Below are positions 48,589 through 59,508 of a DNA stretch of 64,000 bases, in pieces. Position 1 is the stretch's first letter; every line of letters starts with the position of its first letter. Source of the stretch: an uncultured Thiomicrospira sp. (GTDB lineage Bacteria; Pseudomonadota; Gammaproteobacteria; CAKMZV01); assembly GCA_965195345.1 (NCBI GenBank), contig OZ239628.1:768001-832000 (forward strand). The letters run 5' to 3'. Under the pieces are notes generated by a model. The model ran no database searches. It had not been told where the DNA came from and saw only the letters and a program-made list of their open reading frames with translations. A program made the translations under genes and the position numbers.

Positions 48589-48852
48589 AAATAAGTTAAA
48601 GTAGTAACTTCAAAAGTCTAAAAGTTTTCCAAAAATATAAGCAAATTATTTTTGCAAGAGCACATGTTATTCCATTAGCTTTTATTCTATCGTTATGATT
48701 CTTATTGCTCTGAATTATTTCAGTTATTAGAGTAATTTGTAGTCTATAATGTCACGATTATTGACTCACTACATAGTGAGTATTTACTATTGCTATCTAT
48801 GTGTAAATCACATGATGTTATCTTGTACTAACTTTCACACTGTGAGGATAAA
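48589..48852 (+). promoter_or_regulatory. Unique AT-rich spacer (type D) with a palindrome
   Basis: No evident homology to the other spacers; TATAAT at 48745; ACTCACTA-CA-TAGTGAGT at 48764-48781; SD GAGGA. Confidence 0.45.
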
Positions 48853-51324
48853 ATGTTAAAGAATTCAGAGAAAAAAATATATCACGTAAGTTGGGGGTCT
48901 CTACTACTTTTTGTCTTTTTATCTGCCTGTGGTGGTGGCGGTGGCGGTGGCGGTGATACAGCACCTCCGATTATTGCGAGCACAACACCAAATTTAAGTG
49001 TATCGACCAATGCCATAACACTCAATGAAGATTTTGGCACTTTTATCATCAACACCACTGCTACCGATGCAGAAGATGGAACGTTGTCAGTAACCGTATC
49101 TGGACAGGCAGGCTTGATAACCACTGATATCACCACTGATAGAATTACCTTAAATTCTGTTGCCAATGCTAATGGCGTAACTACACTTACTGTACGTGCT
49201 ACCGATAGCGGAAATCTCTCCGCTTCCACCGAAGTAGTTGTCACCATCAACGCCGTCAATGATGCTCCAACGTTAAGTTTATCAACTACAAACTTAATCT
49301 TATTACCCAATAGTACTGGTAGGATAACTGCCGTTTTTTCGGATGTGGAAACAAGTAGTAACGCATTGAATTTTGCGTTCCCAGTAAATACAGCTTTGGT
49401 GCAGGCGAGTAGGGAAGGCAATGATGTCATCGTGCTGATATCGAGTGTTGTTGCAGGCTCAACTACTTTTGTTGTTACCGTCACTGATCAAGGTAACTTA
49501 AGCGCTTCAGCAACAGCTCGAGTTACTGTTCTCTCTAATGCTTTGGATGTCGCGTTAAATGTTAAACGCATTGATTTTTCTTGGGGCAACTTCCCTGAAG
49601 CAAATCATTACCGCATGCTCAGTAATGTCGATTTAAACGCTGGTGGTGGTTTTATTGATGCTAGTAGTGCAAACTTGGTATTTTTGCCAAATAGTACAAA
49701 TATTATCAATACTACAGTCTCTGCAATAGTGGATGTAGCACGCTATCTTCCTGCGGTTAATGATCCGCAGTATCTGCTACAAGCTTGTACCAGTGTGGAT
49801 GATTCCGTTTGTTCTAATCTTGCGGAAGGAACTCTGACCAATGCTCAGTTAGAAGGATTGATTGGTTATTTCAAAGCTTCTAATACGGGAATGGGAGATA
49901 TATTTGGTGATGCTGTAGCAATAAGTGGTGATGGTAATACGCTTGCAGTCGGTGCTGCTTTTGAGGACAGCGACGCCAGGGGCATCAACGGGGATCAATC
50001 AGACAATGATGCAGGTAACGCTGGTGCAGTGTATGTTTTTGTACGCAACAGTGCAGGAACATGGACACAACAAGCATACATTAAAGCCTCGAACTCACAA
50101 GGAAATGATCAATTCGCTGCCAGTGTAGACCTAAGCAATGATGGTAATACCTTATTGGTTGGTGCACGTTTTGAAGGGAGTGGCGCTACTGGTATTAACG
50201 GTGATCAATCCAACAATAATCTTGACCAATCTGGTGCAGGCTATATTTTTGTACGCAACAGTGGAGGCACATGGAACCAGCAAGCTTACGTCAAAGCCTC
50301 TAATACGGGTCGGATTGATCAATTTGGTGCAGCTATAGCAATAAGCGGTGAAAGTGGTGCTACCGCATTTGTTGGTGCGCCAAATGAGGACAGTGGTGCG
50401 ACTGGCATCAACGGTAATGAATCTGATAGTGTTGGTGCTGTAACTAACTCTGGTGCAGTCTATGCTTTTGTGCGTGATAGCATTGGTGCGTGGAGTCAAC
50501 AAGCCTATATCAAAGCATCTAATACAGGAGCTGAAGATGATTTTGGTGAAGTTTTATCAGCGAGTAGAAATGGCAATACCGTCATCGTTGGTGCGCCAAA
50601 TGAGGACAGCGTTGCCACGGGCATCAACGGGGATCAATTAGACAATTCTACAGCTAACTCTGGTGCAGCCTATGTTTTCGTGCGTAGTAGTACGGATACA
50701 TGGAGTCAACAAGCCTATATCAAAGCCTCTAATACAGGATTTACTGATCGGTTTGGTGGAGCTGTATCGATAAGTGGTGATGGTAATACCATAGTCGTTG
50801 GTTCATCTTTTGAAGACAGCAACTCTACCGGTGTTAATGGGGTTCAAACGAATAATGGCGCAAGCAACTCTGGTGCAGCCTATGTTTTTGTGCGCAGTAG
50901 TACGGGCAGATGGAGTCAACAAGCCTACCTAAAAGCCTCCAATACAGATACAAATGATCAATTTGGTATAGCTTTAGCAATAAGCGGTGATGGTAACTCC
51001 ATCATTGTTGGTGCAGTTGGGGAAGGAAGCGATGCCACAGGTATTAACGGTGTTCAAAGCAATGATCTCTCAAATAGGGGACCTCGTGGTGCAGCCTATC
51101 TCTTTGTGCGTAGTGGTACGACATGGAGTCAACAAGCCTACATCAAATCCTCGAATACAGGTATTTTGGATGAGTTTGGTAACTCTGTTTCAATAAGTAA
51201 TGATGGTAAAACGTTTGCTGTTGGTGCACCCACTGAAGATAGCACTGCCACCGGCATTAATGGCGATCAATCAAATAATGGTACTGGTATTGGTTCAAAT
51301 GCTGGTGCAGTGTATTTGTATTAG
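48853..51324 (+). CDS. Minimal lipoprotein paralog, 823 aa (2 Ig-like repeats, FnIII-like, FG-GAP propeller)
   Basis: Distinct signal peptide ending LSAC-G8; 7 blades. Confidence 0.95.
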   Translation: MLKNSEKKIYHVSWGSLLLFVFLSACGGGGGGGGDTAPPIIASTTPNLSVSTNAITLNEDFGTFIINTTATDAEDGTLSVTVSGQAGLITTDITTDRITLNSVANANGVTTLTVRATDSGNLSASTEVVVTINAVNDAPTLSLSTTNLILLPNSTGRITAVFSDVETSSNALNFAFPVNTALVQASREGNDVIVLISSVVAGSTTFVVTVTDQGNLSASATARVTVLSNALDVALNVKRIDFSWGNFPEANHYRMLSNVDLNAGGGFIDASSANLVFLPNSTNIINTTVSAIVDVARYLPAVNDPQYLLQACTSVDDSVCSNLAEGTLTNAQLEGLIGYFKASNTGMGDIFGDAVAISGDGNTLAVGAAFEDSDARGINGDQSDNDAGNAGAVYVFVRNSAGTWTQQAYIKASNSQGNDQFAASVDLSNDGNTLLVGARFEGSGATGINGDQSNNNLDQSGAGYIFVRNSGGTWNQQAYVKASNTGRIDQFGAAIAISGESGATAFVGAPNEDSGATGINGNESDSVGAVTNSGAVYAFVRDSIGAWSQQAYIKASNTGAEDDFGEVLSASRNGNTVIVGAPNEDSVATGINGDQLDNSTANSGAAYVFVRSSTDTWSQQAYIKASNTGFTDRFGGAVSISGDGNTIVVGSSFEDSNSTGVNGVQTNNGASNSGAAYVFVRSSTGRWSQQAYLKASNTDTNDQFGIALAISGDGNSIIVGAVGEGSDATGINGVQSNDLSNRGPRGAAYLFVRSGTTWSQQAYIKSSNTGILDEFGNSVSISNDGKTFAVGAPTEDSTATGINGDQSNNGTGIGSNAGAVYLY

Positions 51325-51573
51325 AAGACGTATATAGCTAAAAGGCAATTAGAGTTGTTTGATTACTCGAGCATTATGTGTTCATCAGGAGAACAGGCGC
51401 ACAACTTTCTTACTTAACGTTTCGCTGTAAATGTTATGAACTGTTTGCGAATTTTCTCATGCTTTAATTTGTAATGATTGAGATTGCTGGATTGTAGATA
51501 TATTGCTTTTATCAAACACATAAACTGTTGTGATAATTGTGATTTCATAGTTAAAAATAAAATATAGGCCTAA
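51325..51573 (+). promoter_or_regulatory. Conserved spacer, type B (degenerate promoter boxes)
   Basis: TTGCGA(51445)-N19-TGTAAT(51470). Confidence 0.45.
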
Positions 51574-54540
51574 ATGAAAATGAAACATTTAAAGTGCTGG
51601 GGGTTTCTATTGTCACTTGTTTTTCTATCTGCCTGCGGTGGCGGCGGCGGTGGCGGTGGCGGTGATACAGCACCTCCGATTATTGCGAGCACAACACCAA
51701 ATTTAAGTGTATCGACCAATGCCGTAACACTCAATGAAGATTTTGGCACTTTTATCATCAACACCACTGCTACCGATGTAGAAGATGGAACGTTGTCAGT
51801 AACCGTATCTGGACAGGCTGGTTTGCTAACCACTGATATTACCACTGGTCGAATTACCCTAACTTCTGTTGCCAATGCTAACGGCGTAACTACACTTACT
51901 GTACGTGCTACCGATAGCGGAAATCTCTCTGCTACCACCGAAGTGGTTGTCACCATCAATGATGCTCCAACATTGACACTATCAACAACGAACCTCAGCC
52001 TCAGTGAAGATTTTGGCACTTTTGTCATCAACACCACAGCAAGTGATGCAGAAGATGGCGTGCTTCCCGTTGCAGTGACTGGACAAGATGCCAGTCTATT
52101 CGCCGTAACCACTTCTACCGATCAGATAATACTTACCTCCGTTGCTAATGCTAACGGCATAGCTACGCTTACAGTAAGCATTGTTGATAGTGGAAATCTC
52201 TCCGCTACCACCGAAGTGGTTGTTGTTGTCAATGCCAGTCCTACATTGACACTATCAACAACGAACCTCAGCCTCAATGAAGATTTTGGCACTTTTATCA
52301 TCAACACCACTGCTACCGATGTAGAAGATGGAACGTTGTCAGTAACCGTATCTGGACAGGCTGGTTTGCTAACCACTGATATTACCACTGGTCGAATTAC
52401 CCTAACTTCTGTTGCCAATGCTAACGGCGTAACCACACTTACTGTACGTGCTACCGATAGCGGAAATCTCTCTGCTACCACCGAAGTGGTTGTCACCATC
52501 AATGATGCTCCAACGTTAAGTTTATCAACTACAAACTTAATCTTATTACCCAATAGTACTGGTAGGATAACTGCCGTTTTTGCGGATGTGGAAACAAGTA
52601 GTAACTTATTGACTTTTGTGATACAAGAAAATACAGCTTTGGTGCGGGTGAGTAGGCAAGGCAATGATGTCATCGTGCTGAGATCGAACACTGCGGCAGG
52701 CTCAACTACTTTAGTTGTTACCGTCACTGATGAAGGTGGGGCAAGCGCCTCAGAAACAGTTCGAGTTACTGTTCTCTCTAATGTTTTGAATGTCGCGTTA
52801 AATGTTAAACGCATTGATTTTTCTTGGGGCAACTTCCCTGAAGCAAATCATTACCGCATGCTCAGTAATGTCGATTTAACCGCTGGTGGTGGCTTTGTTG
52901 ATGCTAGTAGTGCAAACTTGGTATTTTTGCCAAATAGTACAAATATTATCAATACTACAGTCTCTGCAATAGTGGATGTAGCACGCTATCTTTCTGCGGT
53001 TAATGGACCAGAGTATCTGCTGCAAGCTTGTACCAGTGTGGACAACTCAGTTTGTTCTAATCTTGCGCAACAAACTCTGACCAATGCTCAGTTAGAAGGA
53101 TTGATTGGTTACTTCAAAGCTTCTAATACAGGTGCTGATGATAGGTTTGGTAGGGCTGTAGCAATAAGTGGTGATGGTAATACGCTTGCAGTCGGTGCTG
53201 CTTTTGAGGACAGCGACGCCAGGGGTATTAACGGCGGAACAAATGATGCCCTCGCCGACTCTGGTGCAGTGTATGTTTTTGTACGCAACAGTGCAGGAAC
53301 ATGGGCACAACAAGCATACATTAAAGCCTCGAACTCAGGAGGAGATGATCAATTCGGTGCCAGTGTAGACCTAAGTAATGATGGTAATACCTTATTGGTT
53401 GGTGCACGTTTTGAGGACAGCGATGCGACTGGCATTAACGGTGATGAAACAAACAATGATTCAAGAGCCTCTGGTGCAGCCTATATTTTTGTACGCAACA
53501 GTGGAGGCACATGGAGCCAACAAGCTTACGCCAAAGCCTCTAATACAGGATCTGATGATGACTTTGGTGAGGCTGTAGCAATAAGTGGTGATGGTAATAC
53601 GCTAATTGTTGGTGCATCTGGTGAGGACAGCACCGCCACGGGCATCAACGGGGATCAATTAGACAATTCTACAGCTAACTCTGGTGCAGCCTATGTTTTT
53701 GTGCGTAGTAGTACTGGTACATGGAGTCAACAAGTCTACCTTAAAGCATCTAATGCAGAAGCCGGTGATAATTTTGGTAGAGCTTTATCGGCGAGCAGTA
53801 ATGGCAATACCGTCATCGTTGCTGCGCCAAGTGAGGACAGCGCTGCCACTGGCATCAATGGGAATCAATTAAATAATTCTACAGCTAACTCTGGTGCGGT
53901 CTATGTTTTCGTGCGTAGTAGTACTGGTACATGGAGTCAACAAGCCTATGTTAAAGCCTCTAATACAGGAACTAATGATGATTTTGGTTTTGCCTTGTCA
54001 CTGAGCGATGATGGTAATACCATGGTCGTTGGTGCGCCTGCTGAAGACAGCAATTCTACCGGTGTTAATGGGGTTCAAACGAATAATGGCGTAAGTAACT
54101 CTGGTGCAGTCTATGTTTTTGTACGTAGTAGTACGGGCAGCTGGCGTCAACAAGCATATCTAAAAGCCTCCAATACAGATAATGACGATCTATTTGGTCA
54201 TGCTGTAGCAATAAGCGGTGATGGTAATTCCATCATTGTTGGTGCAGTAGCTGAAGAAAGCGATGCCACAGGTATTAACGGCGATCAAACAAGCAATGCT
54301 ACACGTTTTTCTGGTGCAGCCTATCTTTTTGTGCGTAGTGGTACGACATGGAGTCAACAAGCCTACATCAAAACAACGAACCCAGGCTTTTTTGATGAGT
54401 TTGGTGACGCTGTTTCAATAAGTAATGATGGTAAAACGTTTGCTGTTGGCGCACGCAATGAAGAAAGCAGTGCCACTGGTATCAATGGTGATCAAACAAA
54501 CAATAGTCAAGATAACGCTGGTGCAGTGTATTTGTATTAA
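51574..54540 (+). CDS. Lipoprotein adhesin, 988 aa, no CTLD
   Basis: Type B signal + G9; body resembles the 48853 paralog; 7 blades. Confidence 0.95.
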   Translation: MKMKHLKCWGFLLSLVFLSACGGGGGGGGGDTAPPIIASTTPNLSVSTNAVTLNEDFGTFIINTTATDVEDGTLSVTVSGQAGLLTTDITTGRITLTSVANANGVTTLTVRATDSGNLSATTEVVVTINDAPTLTLSTTNLSLSEDFGTFVINTTASDAEDGVLPVAVTGQDASLFAVTTSTDQIILTSVANANGIATLTVSIVDSGNLSATTEVVVVVNASPTLTLSTTNLSLNEDFGTFIINTTATDVEDGTLSVTVSGQAGLLTTDITTGRITLTSVANANGVTTLTVRATDSGNLSATTEVVVTINDAPTLSLSTTNLILLPNSTGRITAVFADVETSSNLLTFVIQENTALVRVSRQGNDVIVLRSNTAAGSTTLVVTVTDEGGASASETVRVTVLSNVLNVALNVKRIDFSWGNFPEANHYRMLSNVDLTAGGGFVDASSANLVFLPNSTNIINTTVSAIVDVARYLSAVNGPEYLLQACTSVDNSVCSNLAQQTLTNAQLEGLIGYFKASNTGADDRFGRAVAISGDGNTLAVGAAFEDSDARGINGGTNDALADSGAVYVFVRNSAGTWAQQAYIKASNSGGDDQFGASVDLSNDGNTLLVGARFEDSDATGINGDETNNDSRASGAAYIFVRNSGGTWSQQAYAKASNTGSDDDFGEAVAISGDGNTLIVGASGEDSTATGINGDQLDNSTANSGAAYVFVRSSTGTWSQQVYLKASNAEAGDNFGRALSASSNGNTVIVAAPSEDSAATGINGNQLNNSTANSGAVYVFVRSSTGTWSQQAYVKASNTGTNDDFGFALSLSDDGNTMVVGAPAEDSNSTGVNGVQTNNGVSNSGAVYVFVRSSTGSWRQQAYLKASNTDNDDLFGHAVAISGDGNSIIVGAVAEESDATGINGDQTSNATRFSGAAYLFVRSGTTWSQQAYIKTTNPGFFDEFGDAVSISNDGKTFAVGARNEESSATGINGDQTNNSQDNAGAVYLY

Positions 54541-54787
54541 ATACGTATATAGCTAAAAGGCAATTAGAGTTGCTTGATTAACCCACCATTATGTATTCAT
54601 CAGGAGAACAGGCGCACAACTTTTTTACTTAATGTTTCGCTGTAAATGTTATGAACTGTTTGCATGTTTTCTCATGCTTTAATTTATAATGATTAGGATT
54701 GCTGGATTGTAGACATACTGCTTTTATCAAACACATAAACTGTTGTGATAATTGTGATTTCATAGTTAAAATAAAATATAGGACTAA
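54541..54787 (+). promoter_or_regulatory. Conserved spacer, type B
   Basis: TTGCAT(54660)-N19-TATAAT(54685). Confidence 0.55.
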
Positions 54788-57700
54788 ATGAAAATGAACC
54801 ATTTAAAGTGCTGGGGATTTCTATTATCACTCGTTTTTTTATCTGCCTGTGGCGGTGGGGGTGGCGGCGATTCAACACCTCCGTCTACTAATACAGCACC
54901 AAGTTTAAGTCTCTCTGTCAATGCCCTAATGCTTGATGAAGATTTTGGCACTTTTGTCATCAATACCACTGCAACCGATGCAGAAGATGGGACACTGTCC
55001 GTAACTGTATCTGGACAGGCTGGTTTGCTAACCACTGATGTCACCACTGGTCGAATTACCCTAACTTCTATTGCCAATGCTAACGGCACAACTACACTTA
55101 CTGTACGTGCTACCGATAGCGGAAACCTCTCTGCTACCACCGAAGTAGTTGTCACCATTAACGCCATCAATGATGCCCCGACATTTACTCTTGCTACAAC
55201 AAACATTACTATCGTTGAAAATGCCACTGCTCGTCAAACGATTTCCATTCCCAATGTAGTCGATGTTGACGGAAACGCACTGACCTTTTCAGTCATTGCC
55301 TCCACTTCTTTATTTAGTACTAACCCAACACCTGTTGTGTCTTTTTCAGATACAAGGGTGATAATCTCCGATACACAACCTACAGCTCAACTCTATTACA
55401 GCCTACTGCCCGACGTCACAGGCTCTGGCTTCATTCAAATTGCTTTAACAGATGGCATAGAGACCCAACGTACGACCGTTACTGTTACTGTTACAGAAGT
55501 TAGAACTCCACCCCAAATTACCCAAGACTTTAGAACACATCGCTTCTTTGATGCGCGTGCAACGCGTGTAGGCGCTGTTGGAGGTGTCTTATTTGCAGCA
55601 CGAGGTGCATTTACTGGATCGACTGAAACAACCTCAACAGATGGTACGGGGAATTTTAGTAATCAATTAAACTTTGTCCGTTCCTTAGGAGGGAGTTTAG
55701 CCGAACTTTACACTGAGGAAACATACAACGCTTTATTGGGTTCTGTTTTGGTTTCCAATGGCACTGCAACAGCAGACTTTAATGATGATCGTTTTTGGCT
55801 TGGACTCACTGATACACCCAATGCTTTTGGCGCTTCTGTGTCAGATCAATCTTCCTCATTAGAGCGTTATTTTTGGTTGTCTGGTCAGCGGGTGTCACAA
55901 GGATTAGGTATTTCTCGTATAGAAGTTCCAGGAGTGTACATAGGCTGGGGGTCATCCGCCCCAACTGCAAGCAATGAGCCCTGTGCTAATTTGATTCTTG
56001 GTGCCGAAGTATCTGCAGGGCTCAGACCTTGGGCAAGTACTGGGTGCGATGGATCATCATCTGCTACTTTCAATGTGCTAAAAGCGTTGATGCAGTTCCC
56101 AAATGGCTTACCTACTACTTCTTCAATGATTGTTCAAGCGAGGCTCCCAATCACCCGTATTCGTTTAAGTGGTTATGATCTTGATGGTTCAGATAATACA
56201 TTGTCTTGGCAAGTTACCGATGCATCTGGTGGTGGTATCACTACTTCCACAGTCTATAGCAGTACTGGCGCACAAACCTTAGAGATTTCTTACACTCCTG
56301 TGAGCGGCTTTTCAGGCACTGCGACCCTTGTTGTAAGCTTAGATGATGGTGATAGTGCTACGCAAAATAGTACTGCCCGTGTATTGGTGGTTAATAACAC
56401 ACCAACTTTAATATTTTCCACCAATACTGTCAGCTTAGATGAAGACTTTACCAGATTCGTCATTAACACCACTGCAACCGATGCAGCAGGGATAATCGAC
56501 TTTAGTGTTAGCACAGGAAACGGTATTGTTTTTGTAACCACCTCTGCTAATGCGATTACACTGCAATCACTTTCGAATATAAATGGTGCTGTAACCTTAA
56601 CAGTCGTTGCGGATAGTGGTCTTTTGACAAATACACAGACGATTAGCGTTGTGGTTAATCCAGTTAATGACACTCCCACGCTGTCTTTATCTGTGACGCA
56701 AAGGGTGCTTGCTCAAAACTTTGGCACTTTCGTCATCAACACCACTGCAACCGATGTGGATTCAGGCCCATTGGGCTTTAGTGTCAGTACAGGTAATGGC
56801 ATTGTTAATGTAACAACCTCTGTCAATACGATTACTCTGCAATCACTCGCTAATGTCATAGGCGATGTTACGTTAACGGTTAGCGTAAGCGATGGACTAT
56901 TGACGACGACACAGTCCATTTTTATAACCGTTAGTAGACCGTTTACGTTTGAAGTATCGACAAACACTATCGTTTTAGATGAAGATTTTAATACCTTCAT
57001 TATTAACACCACTGCAACGGCTGCAGATGGGACTATATTACCTATTTCAGTGGTGCAGAGCAGCTCTAACCTACTTACATTCAGCACTATAACTGGGCGC
57101 ATTACCCTTTCATCTATTGCGAATGCTAATGGAGTAACAACCCTTACCGTGAGTGCAGCTAATCAAAATGGACTAACGAACACGACAGAAGTAGCCATTA
57201 CCGTTAATTCCGTTAATGATACTCCCACACTCAGTTTATCAAGTACAGACTTAACTTTCTCACCTAATGGAACCGGTTTTATAACTGCTTTTGGTGCGGA
57301 TGTGGAAACAAGCAGTGCCTCATTGATCTATTCTGTACAACAAAACCCATCTTTGTTACAGGTGAGTACACCAGGCAATGTCATCGTACTGAGAGCGGGT
57401 GATACTACAGGCTCGACCACTTTAGTGATCACCGTTACTGATGGCGGTGGTTCAAGCGCTTCAGCAACCGCTCGAGTTACTGTTTTATCAGGTGTTTTGA
57501 ATGCTTTGAATGTAAGTTTAAATGTTAAACGCATTAACTTTTCTTGGAACACACTTCCTACAGCAAATCATTACCGCATGCTTAGCAATGTTGATTTGAA
57601 TGCTGGTGGTGGTTTTGTTGATGCCAGTAGCGCAGGCTTGGTGTTTGTACCGAATAGTACGAATATTATCAATACTACAGTCTCTGCAACAGTGGATGTA

Positions 57701-59260
57701 GCAGGCTATCTTTCTACGGCTGATGGACCACAGTACCTGCTACAAGCTTGTAGTAGTGTTGACAATTCCGCTTGTTCTAATCTTGCACAACAATCTCTGA
57801 GCAATATTCAGTTAGAGGGATTGATTGGTTATTTCAAAGCTTCTAATACAGATGCAGATGATGAATTTGGTGAGGGTGTCGCAATAAGCGGTGATGGCAA
57901 CACATTAGTTGTCGGTGCACCATTTGAGGACAGCACCGCCACTGTCATCAACGGCGATGAATCAGACAATTCTAGAAGTGACTCTGGTGCAGCCTATGTT
58001 TTCGTGCGTAGTAGTACGGGCAGCTGGCGTCAACAAGCCTATATCAAAGCCTTTGATGCACAAGCCAATGGTCAGTCTAATTCAGCTGTACCAAGGAGCA
58101 ATGATCAGTTTGGTGCAGCTGTAACAATAAGCAATGACGGTAATACTATAGTTGTTGGTGCAGAATTTAAGGATGTTGCCGCTCCTGGCGGTTCCGTTCA
58201 GCCCAACACTGGTGCAGCCTATGTTTTCGTGCGCAGTAGTACCGGCAGCTGGCGTCAACAAGCTTTCATCAGCGCTTCTAATCTAAATGCCAATGATCGG
58301 TTTGGAAGAACTGTATCGGTCGCTGCTGATGGTAATACACTCGCTGTCGGTGCACCTTTAAAAAGCGTAAATGCTCTAACTTCTGTTGGTACAGCCTATG
58401 TTTTTGTACGCAGTAGTACAGATTCATCATGGAGTGAGCAAGCTTTATTTACACCACCTACTGTAATAATTAGTAGTAATTTTGGTTCTGCTGTATCGAT
58501 GAGTGGTGATGGTAATACCATGGTCGTTGGTGCAAGTGGTGACCGAAGTAATGGCATGGGTATCAACGCTGATGAAGTCCCTACTAGTACTCCTCTTTTT
58601 AATTCTGGTGCAGCCCATGTTTTTGTACGCAGTAGTACAGATAGTACATGGAGTCGGCAAGCTTATATTAGAGCCTCAAATCCAGGTAGTACTGATCTCT
58701 TTGGTGCAGCTGTATCGATGAGTGGTGATGGTAATACCATGGTCGTTGGTGCACATCAAGAAGACAGCAATGCCACGGGAATCGGCGGGGGGCAAGGAGA
58801 TGTTAGTAATCCTAATTCAAATTTTGGTGCAGCCTATGTTTTTGTGCGCAGTAGTACGGGCACATGGAGCCAACAAGAATATATCAAAGCCTCAAATACA
58901 GGATTTGGTGATGTGTTTGGTTTTGCTGTTTCAATGCGCAGTGATGGTAATGCGTTCGTTGTTGGTGCACCATTTGAGGACAGCAATGCCACGGGAATCA
59001 ACGGGGTCCAAGGAGGTGGTGCTACTGACGCTGGTGCAGTCTATCTTTTTGTACGCAGTGGTACGACATGGCGTCAACAAGCCTACATCAAAGCCTCAAA
59101 CACAGGAGCTGATGATGAGTTTGGTGACTCTGTTTCAATAAGCAGTGATGGTAAAACGCTTGCTGTCGGTGCACCCAATGAAGATAGCAATGCCACTGGT
59201 ATCAATGGTAATCAAACAGACGATAGTCAAGATGACGCTGGTGCAGTGTATTTGTATTAG
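54788..59260 (+). CDS. Lipoprotein adhesin, 1490 aa, one CTLD, variant propeller
   Basis: Lipobox, CTLD, 7 blades with inserted loops. Confidence 0.95.
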   Translation: MKMNHLKCWGFLLSLVFLSACGGGGGGDSTPPSTNTAPSLSLSVNALMLDEDFGTFVINTTATDAEDGTLSVTVSGQAGLLTTDVTTGRITLTSIANANGTTTLTVRATDSGNLSATTEVVVTINAINDAPTFTLATTNITIVENATARQTISIPNVVDVDGNALTFSVIASTSLFSTNPTPVVSFSDTRVIISDTQPTAQLYYSLLPDVTGSGFIQIALTDGIETQRTTVTVTVTEVRTPPQITQDFRTHRFFDARATRVGAVGGVLFAARGAFTGSTETTSTDGTGNFSNQLNFVRSLGGSLAELYTEETYNALLGSVLVSNGTATADFNDDRFWLGLTDTPNAFGASVSDQSSSLERYFWLSGQRVSQGLGISRIEVPGVYIGWGSSAPTASNEPCANLILGAEVSAGLRPWASTGCDGSSSATFNVLKALMQFPNGLPTTSSMIVQARLPITRIRLSGYDLDGSDNTLSWQVTDASGGGITTSTVYSSTGAQTLEISYTPVSGFSGTATLVVSLDDGDSATQNSTARVLVVNNTPTLIFSTNTVSLDEDFTRFVINTTATDAAGIIDFSVSTGNGIVFVTTSANAITLQSLSNINGAVTLTVVADSGLLTNTQTISVVVNPVNDTPTLSLSVTQRVLAQNFGTFVINTTATDVDSGPLGFSVSTGNGIVNVTTSVNTITLQSLANVIGDVTLTVSVSDGLLTTTQSIFITVSRPFTFEVSTNTIVLDEDFNTFIINTTATAADGTILPISVVQSSSNLLTFSTITGRITLSSIANANGVTTLTVSAANQNGLTNTTEVAITVNSVNDTPTLSLSSTDLTFSPNGTGFITAFGADVETSSASLIYSVQQNPSLLQVSTPGNVIVLRAGDTTGSTTLVITVTDGGGSSASATARVTVLSGVLNALNVSLNVKRINFSWNTLPTANHYRMLSNVDLNAGGGFVDASSAGLVFVPNSTNIINTTVSATVDVAGYLSTADGPQYLLQACSSVDNSACSNLAQQSLSNIQLEGLIGYFKASNTDADDEFGEGVAISGDGNTLVVGAPFEDSTATVINGDESDNSRSDSGAAYVFVRSSTGSWRQQAYIKAFDAQANGQSNSAVPRSNDQFGAAVTISNDGNTIVVGAEFKDVAAPGGSVQPNTGAAYVFVRSSTGSWRQQAFISASNLNANDRFGRTVSVAADGNTLAVGAPLKSVNALTSVGTAYVFVRSSTDSSWSEQALFTPPTVIISSNFGSAVSMSGDGNTMVVGASGDRSNGMGINADEVPTSTPLFNSGAAHVFVRSSTDSTWSRQAYIRASNPGSTDLFGAAVSMSGDGNTMVVGAHQEDSNATGIGGGQGDVSNPNSNFGAAYVFVRSSTGTWSQQEYIKASNTGFGDVFGFAVSMRSDGNAFVVGAPFEDSNATGINGVQGGGATDAGAVYLFVRSGTTWRQQAYIKASNTGADDEFGDSVSISSDGKTLAVGAPNEDSNATGINGNQTDDSQDDAGAVYLY
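55650..56102 (+). other. C-type lectin-like domain, copy 6 (approximate bounds)
   Basis: FWLGLTD..PCANL..WASTGC. Confidence 0.75.
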
Positions 59261-59508
59261 AAGACGTATATAGCTAAAAGGCAATTAGAGTTGCTTGATT
59301 ACCCCACCATTATGTGTTCATCAGGAGAACAGGCACACAGCTTTTTTACTTAATGTTTCGCTGTAAATGTTATGAACTGTTTGCATGTTTTCTCATGCTT
59401 TAATTTATAATGATTAGGATTGCTGGATTGTAGACATACTGCTTTTATCAAACACATAAACTGTTGTGATAATTGTGATTTCATAGTTAAAATAAAATAT
59501 AGGACTAA
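59261..59508 (+). promoter_or_regulatory. Conserved spacer, type B, near-identical to 54541-54787
   Basis: TTGCAT(59381)-N19-TATAAT(59406). Confidence 0.55.

Noticed and set aside
48869-48878. Homopolymer phase variation in signal peptides
   Set aside because: Runs are only ~7 nt and all intact genes are in frame; Gly-tract changes are multiples of three.
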